Shown here: in pieces, positions 26,027 through 33,445 of the stretch | Layout: each line of letters opens with the position of its first letter | Numbering within the stretch: the stretch's first letter is position 1 | Source of the DNA: an uncultured Candidatus Saccharibacteria bacterium | GTDB lineage: Bacteria > Patescibacteriota > Minisyncoccia > Minisyncoccales > CAZJYT01 | Direction of reading: 5' to 3' | Assembly: GCA_964550325.1 (NCBI GenBank) | Contig: CAZJYT010000002.1 | Location: forward strand, 1 to 43,536 | Length of the DNA stretch: 43,536 bases | Translations under genes and position numbers: made by a program | The notes under the pieces: model-generated | The model's input: only the letters and a program-made list of their open reading frames with translations | Database searches by the model: none | What the model was told of the DNA's origin: nothing

Positions 26027-26082
26027 GGTAAAGAAATTATTAGGAGCTGTTAATGAATCGGTTAGATAGGACATTATAATTT

Positions 26083-26460
26083 TTACTCTTTTTCGCCCAA
26101 GGCTTTCTTAATTTTTTCTACCACTTCCTCTAAAGAATAATGGGCTTTTACTAAATATGTGGTCGCTCCTAAATTAATTGCTTTTTCCACGTCTCCAATT
26201 CCTTCTAAATTAGTCAAAATAATTATAGGAATATCTTTTGTCTCTTTATCTTCTTTTAGCTTCTTTAGAACCTCAAATCCATGCATTTTTGGCAAAATCA
26301 AATCTAACAAAATTAAATCTGGCTTTTTTAACTTAGCTAATCTCAAGCCTATCTCTCCATCTAAGGCTGAAATCATCTCATAACCCTCTTGCCTTAGTAA
26401 ATCACCAAAGGTCTTTTGAAGAGCTGACTCATCTTCAATAAAAAGTATAGTTTTTCTCAT
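26083..26460 (-). CDS. Stand-alone response-regulator receiver protein (CheY-like)
   Basis: 125 aa with the acidic pocket (IEDE), phospho-acceptor context LILLDLILP and a conserved K (YLVKA). Confidence 0.85.
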   Translation of the reverse strand: MRKTILFIEDESALQKTFGDLLRQEGYEMISALDGEIGLRLAKLKKPDLILLDLILPKMHGFEVLKKLKEDKETKDIPIIILTNLEGIGDVEKAINLGATTYLVKAHYSLEEVVEKIKKALGEKE

Positions 26461-26466
26461 AGAAAT

Positions 26467-27438
26467 TTATTTTATTGGTAATAAAAACCAGAAGACCGAC
26501 CCTTTATTTTCCTTTGACCTAAATCCTATTCTCCCACCTAATTGTTTGATAATCTCTTTACAAATATACAGACCGAGACCAGCACCTTTGGTCTGGTATC
26601 TTAAAGTATTTTCTGCCCGGAAAAATTTTTGAAAAATATATTTTTGAGCTTCTTTAGAAATTCCTATTCCCTTATCTTCTATTTCAAAATAGAAATTCTT
26701 TCCTCTTTTTTCTAATCTTATTCTCACCTCTCCCTTACCCTTATTATATTTAATAGCATTTTCTAAGAGATTCTCAATTATTATTTTAACCTTAAAGGGA
26801 TCACTAAAAATGTTTGGAAAATTCTCTGGAAACTCAAACCTAACATCTGTATTAAAAGCCTTGGCAAAAGGGGAAAATTCAGAAATAACATTCTTTATAA
26901 GTTCTATCAAAGAAAACTCTTTCTTTTTAAATTCTAATCCTTGGGATTCAATTTTAGAGACTGTTAATAGATTAGAAATAAGACTGCCCATTCTCTGGGT
27001 ATTTTCTTTCAGAATTTTAAAATACTCTACCTGGGTTTTCTCAATTTTTCCTGCTCTCCCTGACATTAAAAATTCAAGAGCCCATTTTAAATTAGAAATT
27101 GGAGAGCGAAGCTGATGAGAGACAATCCTAATAAACTCTGACTTTAGTTTATTTGCTTCTGCAATTTTTTCAAAGGAATGACAAATTAGAAAGGCAATGG
27201 TAAATAAAATTACCACTGTAAGAAAGACTATTAATAAGACTACTTCTATTTGAGGAATGTAATGGGTGCCAAAATAATAGGTACACAAGATGACTCCAAT
27301 AATGATTATTCCCATTACCAGAAACAGGAATTGAGGACATTGCCAGAGAGAAAGGTTATATTTTCGGCAGCTCTTAACAATGTTTAACTGCTCAAAAAAA
27401 TCCCTTTTCTTCATCATTTCCATTATATCATCAATCAA
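26467..27438 (-). CDS. Membrane sensor histidine kinase
   Basis: Two TM helices, an H-box (FIRIVSHQLRSP), an N-box (ENLLENAIKY) and G-boxes (DKGIGI, GAGLGL). The track start is TTG, and an ATG at 27421-27423 is an equally good start. Confidence 0.85.
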   Translation of the reverse strand: MIDDIMEMMKKRDFFEQLNIVKSCRKYNLSLWQCPQFLFLVMGIIIIGVILCTYYFGTHYIPQIEVVLLIVFLTVVILFTIAFLICHSFEKIAEANKLKSEFIRIVSHQLRSPISNLKWALEFLMSGRAGKIEKTQVEYFKILKENTQRMGSLISNLLTVSKIESQGLEFKKKEFSLIELIKNVISEFSPFAKAFNTDVRFEFPENFPNIFSDPFKVKIIIENLLENAIKYNKGKGEVRIRLEKRGKNFYFEIEDKGIGISKEAQKYIFQKFFRAENTLRYQTKGAGLGLYICKEIIKQLGGRIGFRSKENKGSVFWFLLPIK

Positions 27439-30213
27439 TTAATTTTTGAAAATCTTTCTTAAGAATTTACCAGTAAAAGAAAGGGGGTTCTTAGCTACTT
27501 CTTCTGGAGTTCCTTCTGCGATAATTTTTCCTCCTTTCTCTCCTCCTTCTGGTCCCAGGTCAATTATATAGTCTGCATTTTTTATCACCTCTAATTCATG
27601 CTCTATACAAACTACCGTATTCCCTCTTTTTACCAGCTCTTTTAAGATATATAAAAGTTTTTTTATATCGTCAGGATGGAGCCCGGTAGTTGGCTCATCT
27701 AAAATGTAGAGAGTCCTTCCAGTAAACCTCTTAGAAAGTTCAGCTGCTAATTTTATTCTCTGAGACTCTCCTCCAGAGAGAGAAAGAGCAGATTGGCCTA
27801 ATTGTAAATAACCCAAACCCACATCATTTAAAATTTTTAATTTATAAGAAAGTCCCGGAATATTCTCAAAAAACTCCAGGGCTTTCTTTACTGTCATCTC
27901 TAAGATCTCTGAAATATTTTTTCCTTTGTATTCAATTTTTAGGGTTTCTTGGTTAAATCTTTTCCCCTTACATTCAGGACACTGAATATAAACATCTGGT
28001 AAGAAATACATTTCAATTTTTTTTACTCCCTGCCCTTGGCAAAATTCACATCTTCCTCCCTTTACATTAAAGCTAAATCTTCCCGGTCTATATCCTCTCA
28101 TCCTTGCCTCTTTTGTTTTAGAAAATAATTCTCTGATATAACTAAAGGCTCCGGTATAGGTAGCAGGATTTGAACGAGGGGTCTTTCCAATTGGTGATTG
28201 ATCAACTATTATTACCTTATTAAGATTTTCTGTCCCTAAAATGACTCTATGTTTACCAGGAATTTCTTTGGATTTATAAAATTTTCTCATTAAGGCTTTA
28301 GCTAAAACATCAACAACCAAAGAACTCTTTCCAGAACCAGAAACCCCAGTGACACAGACAAATTTTCCTAAAGGAATTTTTACATCAATATTTTTTAAAT
28401 TGTGTTCTTTGGCTCCTTTAATCATTAAATACTCTTTAGCAAAAGAATTTTCTACTCTTTCTATTTCTACCTTTTTTCTCTTTGAAAAATACTCTCCGGT
28501 TAGGGTATTAGCTTTTAATAATTCTTCTGGCTTTCCTTGAAAAACCACCCTTCCTCCTTCCTCCCCTGCTTTGGGCCCCAAATCAATTATCCAGTCTGCT
28601 TCTTTTATTATCTGAAAAGAATGCTCTACCACTAAAATGGTGTTTCCTAAATCTCTTAATTTCTTTAAACTCTCAATCAATCTTTTTTGATCTCTGGGAT
28701 GAAGTCCAATTGAGGGCTCATCTAAAATGTATAAGACCCCGCTTAGTTTTGAACCTATCTGGGTAGCCAGTCTTATCCTTTGTTCTTCTCCTCCTGCTAA
28801 GGTATTAGCCTTTCTTTCTAAGGTTATATAGTTCAAACCTACATCAATTAAAAATTGCAATCTATTTATAATCTCTTTAATTATCAATTTTCCAATTTTT
28901 AACTCGGCCTCTGATAAAACCTTCTTTTTCAAAAGATCCTCAAAAAATTCTTTTAATTGAGAAATTTCCATTTCTACTAAATCTGCGATTGATTTTTGAT
29001 TAATTTTCACCGCCAAGGCTTCCGGTCTCAATCTTCTTCCTTTACAAACCTCACATTTTTTCACTACCATATATCTTTCAATCTCTTCTCTTGTATATTC
29101 AGAATCCGTCTCATGATATCTATTTTCTAACCAGGGAACCACTCCTTCAAAAATCCCATCTCCATACAAAATTAAATCTATCTCTTCTTTTGAAAGCTCT
29201 TTTACCGGGCAATACAAATCTATTCCATTTCTCTCAGCCATGCTCTTTAACATATACCAAAAGAATCTCTGTCTTCCTATCTTGTGAGAGGCATGGGCCC
29301 AGGGGAAAATAGCTCCTTCTGCAATTGATAAATTGGGATTAGGAATTACTAATTGGGGATCAATAATTAATTTCTCACCCAAGCCCTGACAAGCAGGACA
29401 AGCTCCATAGGGAGAATTAAAAGAAAAAAGGCGAGGTTCTATCTTGGGTAAAGAAATTTGACACTTCTCACAGGCAAAATGTTCAGAAAATATTAAATCA
29501 TTTACCATTACTATTCCCTTACCCAATTTTAGAGCGGTCTCTAAAGAATCAACCAGTCTAAATTTATCCAGATCTTTTTCCAGAATTAGCCTATCTACCA
29601 CTACTTCTATATTATGCTTCTTATATCTTGATAATTCTTTCTCCAAAGCCTCCTCTACCCGATAAATTATTCCATCAATTCTTACTCTTACAAATCCTGA
29701 CTTTTGAATTTCTTCTAAGATTCCTTTGTGTTCTCCCCTTTTCCCTCTGACTACGGGAGCAAAAATTGTCACCTCTGTATTCTCTGGCAATTCCAAAACC
29801 TTCTGAGTAATTTGGTCTATTGTCTGTCTGGAAATAGGACTACCGCACCTTGGGCAATAGGGTCTTCCAATTTTTGCAAATAAAAGCCTTAAATAATCAT
29901 AAATCTCAGTAATTGTGCCCACCGTAGAACGAGGGTTGTGGCCACCTTTTCTTTGATCAATGGCAATAGCTGGGGAAATTCCCTCAATTTTGTCAACATC
30001 AGGCTTTTCCATTACTCCCAAAAATTGACGGGCATAGGCAGAAAGAGACTCAACATACCTTCTTTGACCTTCTGCATAGAGGGTATCAAAGGCTAAAGAA
30101 CTCTTTCCAGAACCAGAAACCCCAGTGATTACTACCAGTTTATTTTTGGGAATATCAAGAGAGATGTTTTTTAAATTATGGGTTCTTGCTCCCCGAATTT
30201 TGATGCAATCCAT
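27439..30213 (-). CDS. uvrA: Excinuclease ABC subunit A
   Basis: Two ABC ATPase modules (GVSGSGKSS occurs twice), zinc modules, and LSGGE signatures. I prefer the ATG at 30211-30213 ([17 protein letters not shown]). Confidence 0.9.
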   Translation of the reverse strand: MDCIKIRGARTHNLKNISLDIPKNKLVVITGVSGSGKSSLAFDTLYAEGQRRYVESLSAYARQFLGVMEKPDVDKIEGISPAIAIDQRKGGHNPRSTVGTITEIYDYLRLLFAKIGRPYCPRCGSPISRQTIDQITQKVLELPENTEVTIFAPVVRGKRGEHKGILEEIQKSGFVRVRIDGIIYRVEEALEKELSRYKKHNIEVVVDRLILEKDLDKFRLVDSLETALKLGKGIVMVNDLIFSEHFACEKCQISLPKIEPRLFSFNSPYGACPACQGLGEKLIIDPQLVIPNPNLSIAEGAIFPWAHASHKIGRQRFFWYMLKSMAERNGIDLYCPVKELSKEEIDLILYGDGIFEGVVPWLENRYHETDSEYTREEIERYMVVKKCEVCKGRRLRPEALAVKINQKSIADLVEMEISQLKEFFEDLLKKKVLSEAELKIGKLIIKEIINRLQFLIDVGLNYITLERKANTLAGGEEQRIRLATQIGSKLSGVLYILDEPSIGLHPRDQKRLIESLKKLRDLGNTILVVEHSFQIIKEADWIIDLGPKAGEEGGRVVFQGKPEELLKANTLTGEYFSKRKKVEIERVENSFAKEYLMIKGAKEHNLKNIDVKIPLGKFVCVTGVSGSGKSSLVVDVLAKALMRKFYKSKEIPGKHRVILGTENLNKVIIVDQSPIGKTPRSNPATYTGAFSYIRELFSKTKEARMRGYRPGRFSFNVKGGRCEFCQGQGVKKIEMYFLPDVYIQCPECKGKRFNQETLKIEYKGKNISEILEMTVKKALEFFENIPGLSYKLKILNDVGLGYLQLGQSALSLSGGESQRIKLAAELSKRFTGRTLYILDEPTTGLHPDDIKKLLYILKELVKRGNTVVCIEHELEVIKNADYIIDLGPEGGEKGGKIIAEGTPEEVAKNPLSFTGKFLRKIFKN

Positions 30214-30221
30214 ATTCTCTC

Positions 30222-30431
30222 TCAATTTTTTGATAAAGCTCTTGAATCAATCTTTCTTTTTCTTTTAAATCCAAAACTGCTTTCTGGATTTTTGCTTTCT
30301 CCCTTCTTAAATATTTCCTTATACTCTTTGGAAGTCTTTTTCTTACCTTCTTCATCTTTTAAAGAATTAAAAAATATTAAAGCAAAAAGAAGATTTTTTA
30401 GCGTCTGTAGAATAAAAGAGATTTTATTCAC
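30222..30431 (-). CDS. Hypothetical small lysine-rich protein (69 aa), uncertain
   Basis: It exactly fills the space between rtcB and uvrA on the same strand and overlaps the rtcB stop by 8 nt. It has a GTG start and no recognisable domain. An antisense ORF of similar size also exists. Confidence 0.3.
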   Translation of the reverse strand: MNKISFILQTLKNLLFALIFFNSLKDEEGKKKTSKEYKEIFKKGESKNPESSFGFKRKRKIDSRALSKN

Positions 30432-31866
30432 CTTTGATCACTGTTAAAGGTAACAATCTTGCTACCTTTTTTGCCAAGCCCGCATTATGCACAACTTCTA
30501 TAACGTCTTCTATATCTTTGTAGGCTTGGGGGGCTTCCTCGGCAACTCCTCTCATTGACCAAGATTTCACAATTATCCCTCTTCTCTCTAAACCTTTTAC
30601 TATCTCATATCCAGAAAATTTTCTAATTGCTGCGTGGCGAGACATCATTCTTCCGGCACCATGACAAACAGTATACCAACTCTCTTTTGACTGCTCTGTT
30701 CCCACCAACACATAGGAAGCAGTACCCATAGAGCCTGGAATTAATGATGGTTGTCCCGTTTTTTGATATTTTTTGGGAAGCTCCCTATGACCTGGAGGGA
30801 AAGCACGGGTTGCACCCTTTCTATGGACAATTAGTTTCATTCTCTTTCCATCTATCTCATGCTCTTCAATTTTGGCAATATTGTGGGCAACATCATAAAG
30901 GAGTCTCAGTTTTACTCTTTCTCCTAAAATTTTTTTCCATGCCCTCCTCACATAGTAAGAAATCATATGTCTATTTGCCCAGGCAAAATTACAAGCACAA
31001 GACATCGCCTTAAAAAATCTTTGACCTTCAGGAGAATTAAAGGGAACACAGCAAAGTTCTTTATCTGGCAATTTTATTCCATATTTTGGATAAATTGGCA
31101 TTAAAGTCCTTAAATAATCAGTGCAATTTTGATGGCCGAGACCACGAGAACCTGTATGAATCATTACTACAACTTGATCTTTAAATAATCCGAAAATTTT
31201 AGCTACCTCCTCATCAAAAATCTCTTCAACTTTTTGTATTTCTGCAAAATGATTCCCCGAGCCGAGAGTGCCTACTTGATCTCGGCCTCGATTTTTTGCC
31301 CTCTCTGAAACACAAGAGGCATCGGCTTGCTCCATTCTTCCTCGATGTTCACAATTTTCAATATCTTCTTTTTCTCCATAACCTTTTTCAACTAAATAAG
31401 GGACACCGCCCTCTAAAATTTTGTTAATTTGTTCAACAGACAATTTTATCTGCCTTCCTCTTCCAAGTCCTGAGGGTACTTCCTTTTGAATTTCAGTAGC
31501 CAATTTATCTAAATAAGGCCTAATTTCTTTTTCAGTATATTCTGATTTTAACAATCTCACGCCACAGTTCTGGTCAAAGCCGATCCCGCCAGGAGAAATC
31601 GCACCATCTGGATATTTTGTGGCCATCACTCCTCCAATGGGCATACCATAGCCTTCGTGGATATCTGGCATAGCAATCGCATATTTTACAACTCCGGGAA
31701 GAGTAGTAGTATTAATAAGCTGAGCAATTGATTTATCTCTAAAACAATTTTCTAACATCTTCTCAGAAACATAAATTCGCGCCGGGACTCTCATATCTGA
31801 CCTAAAAGATTTGGGAATCTCCCAAAGATAATCTGAAATTTTTTTGAAGTCCTTTTTAGAAATCAT
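30424..31866 (-). CDS. rtcB: RNA-splicing/repair ligase RtcB
   Basis: 480 aa with the metal and GMP-histidine motifs of RtcB (PDIHEGYG, GSGNHF, HTGSRGLG, CHGAGR). Confidence 0.9.
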   Translation of the reverse strand: MISKKDFKKISDYLWEIPKSFRSDMRVPARIYVSEKMLENCFRDKSIAQLINTTTLPGVVKYAIAMPDIHEGYGMPIGGVMATKYPDGAISPGGIGFDQNCGVRLLKSEYTEKEIRPYLDKLATEIQKEVPSGLGRGRQIKLSVEQINKILEGGVPYLVEKGYGEKEDIENCEHRGRMEQADASCVSERAKNRGRDQVGTLGSGNHFAEIQKVEEIFDEEVAKIFGLFKDQVVVMIHTGSRGLGHQNCTDYLRTLMPIYPKYGIKLPDKELCCVPFNSPEGQRFFKAMSCACNFAWANRHMISYYVRRAWKKILGERVKLRLLYDVAHNIAKIEEHEIDGKRMKLIVHRKGATRAFPPGHRELPKKYQKTGQPSLIPGSMGTASYVLVGTEQSKESWYTVCHGAGRMMSRHAAIRKFSGYEIVKGLERRGIIVKSWSMRGVAEEAPQAYKDIEDVIEVVHNAGLAKKVARLLPLTVIKGE

Positions 31867-31873
31867 ATTTTTT

Positions 31874-31901
31874 ATTTTACTTTTTTATTTCAAAAATTCA
31901 A
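31874..31901 (-). promoter_or_regulatory. Candidate rtcB promoter (TTGAAT-16-TAAAAT), with the -10 ending 7 nt before the ATG
   Basis: Hexamers lie on the minus strand at 31896-31901 and 31874-31879. There is no SD. The AT-rich context makes a chance match possible. Confidence 0.35.
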
Positions 31902-32163
31902 CATTCTTAATTTTTAAAATGTTTAAAAATTAAAAATTGATTAAAAATCAAAAATTAAGAATTAAAAAATTTACCCCGTTAGAAACCTCGTTTCCAAACT
32001 TATCCAGGACAATTTATCGCCAAACCTTTTTATATAAAATTTTATATAAAAAAGTTTCTAATGGGGTTTCGAATTTCGATTTAGGAGTTCAAAATACGAT
32101 AGATTCTGAAAGTCTGGAGTGCTACTGATGTATCTCATTTTCTTCACCTATTACACTAATCGG

Positions 32164-32193
32164 TTGACATATAGACCTATTAAAGGATATACT
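32164..32193 (+). promoter_or_regulatory. Candidate promoter of the 32205-35587 operon (TTGACA-18-TATACT)
   Basis: TTGACA lies at 32164-32169 and TATACT at 32188-32193. The ATG follows 11 nt later. Confidence 0.5.
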
Positions 32194-32204
32194 TTAAGTA
32201 AAGA

Positions 32205-32792
32205 ATGAAAAACAAATTTTTAATTTTAGCAATAGGGGGAATTTTGGGAGTATCTATTGGATTCTTGATAGAATACTTTTTTGCCCAAAAGGCAGTTTCA
32301 AGATTGACAAAAGAAAAAAAAGAATATGAGCTTGAAATTCAAAAAGCGGAAAAAGAAATTAAAAGGTTAGAAAAAATAATCAAAGAAGTTCTACCGCTCC
32401 CAAAAGAAATCTTTGCTTTAGGAGGTGAGGTAACAAGAGTAAAAGCAAATTCTTTGATAATTGAAGTTCCTCAAGTTCATCCTCTTGAAAAAACGCCTTC
32501 TCAAAGAGAGGCAATGGTGACCAAAGAAACGAAAATTGTAAAGGTGGTTCCAAAATCTCTAGAACTCTACGAGCAAGAGATGAAACAATACCATCTCAAA
32601 GAAAAAGAGCTCTTTGAAAAAGAAAAAAGAGGAATAGCAATTAAAAGCTGGCCCTCTCCGCCAGAGCCTTTTGAAGAAAAAGAAATTGAATTAAAAGAAA
32701 TCAAGGTAGGAGATGAGGTCTCGGTAATTGCTCAGGAAGATATTAAATTTGCCGAGAAATTTAAAGCAGTGAAAATAAAAATAGAAGAATAA
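32205..32792 (+). CDS. Hypothetical membrane-anchored coiled-coil protein
   Basis: 195 aa with an N-terminal TM helix and a KE-rich coiled coil. No recognisable domain. Confidence 0.6.
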   Translation: MKNKFLILAIGGILGVSIGFLIEYFFAQKAVSRLTKEKKEYELEIQKAEKEIKRLEKIIKEVLPLPKEIFALGGEVTRVKANSLIIEVPQVHPLEKTPSQREAMVTKETKIVKVVPKSLELYEQEMKQYHLKEKELFEKEKRGIAIKSWPSPPEPFEEKEIELKEIKVGDEVSVIAQEDIKFAEKFKAVKIKIEE

Positions 32793-32794
32793 TT

Positions 32795-33043
32795 ATGAAG
32801 GTTAACTTGAAAATAGCAGGCTATTTTTTAATTATTTTGTGGATAATTTTTTCTCTTGTTTATATTCTCAATGACATTTGGCAAGATTTTAAAAGCCAAC
32901 AATTAAAAAAAGCTTATGAGCAAGGAAAAATAGATACCATAAATCTTTTAATTAAAGAGGCAGAAAAATGCCAACCTGTTCCTATATTTGGTGGAGAAAA
33001 AGAAATTAGGGTAATAAAAGTAGGTTGTCAAATTAATCAATAA
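32795..33043 (+). CDS. Hypothetical small membrane protein
   Basis: 82 aa with one TM helix. It starts 3 nt after the upstream stop. Confidence 0.55.
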   Translation: MKVNLKIAGYFLIILWIIFSLVYILNDIWQDFKSQQLKKAYEQGKIDTINLLIKEAEKCQPVPIFGGEKEIRVIKVGCQINQ

Positions 33044-33051
33044 AATTTTTT

Positions 33052-33420
33052 ATGAATTTCATAATTTTTCTTCAGGTTATTAGTTTTGAACCTGTTTTTG
33101 AAAAAATTAAAGCTCTTACCTTAGAGGGATTAATTAGCAATTTAAAAACCATTGCTTCTTGGCTTGCTCTTTCTTTGGCGGTCTTAATGATTGTTGTTGC
33201 TGGATATTATATTTTACTTTCCGCTGGGAAAGAAGAAAAATTAAGAAAAGGAAAAAGAATAATCCTTTGGGTTTTAATAGGTCTGCTTTTGGTAATAATA
33301 TTTGGTGGATTAAGTTCTACTCCCTCTCCACCCTCTCCTCCCCCTTCTCCTCCTATTGGTAATGTTTGTGGATGTCTTTGCACTTCTTGTGCTCCTGGAA
33401 CTGTTAGCCCTTGCCCTTAA
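33052..33420 (+). CDS. TrbC/VirB2-like (T4SS-pilin-like) two-TM protein with a Pro-rich linker and a Cys-rich tail
   Basis: The hairpin of two TM helices around AGYYILLSAGKEEKLRKGKRIILWVLIGLL resembles the small pilin family common in Patescibacteria. The tail reads SSTPSPPSPPPSPPIGNVCGCLCTSCAPGTVSPCP. Confidence 0.5.
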   Translation: MNFIIFLQVISFEPVFEKIKALTLEGLISNLKTIASWLALSLAVLMIVVAGYYILLSAGKEEKLRKGKRIILWVLIGLLLVIIFGGLSSTPSPPSPPPSPPIGNVCGCLCTSCAPGTVSPCP

Positions 33421-33445
33421 ATTTAGAGAATGTTAAAATAAAAAT

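Noticed and set aside
25823-26074. 83-aa ORF in the supplied track.
   Set aside because: It lies entirely within repeat copy 4 and its arms. The other copies do not preserve the frame, so it is not a gene.
31937-32128. 63-aa ORF in the rtcB divergent intergenic region.
   Set aside because: It runs through palindromes and AT-rich repeats, has no start context, and lies upstream of the mapped TTGACA/TATACT promoter. The region is more likely non-coding.
31867-32204. Replication origin (oriC) hypothesis for the AT-rich repeat-containing spacer.
   Set aside because: Only one near-DnaA box (TTATCCAGG) was found and no dnaA or dnaN lies nearby. This is insufficient evidence, so it is kept only as a structured-region finding.
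33159-33362. 67-aa same-strand, out-of-frame ORF inside the pilin-like gene.
   Set aside because: The alternative frame (33052..33420) has the two-TM pilin pattern and fits the operon spacing.
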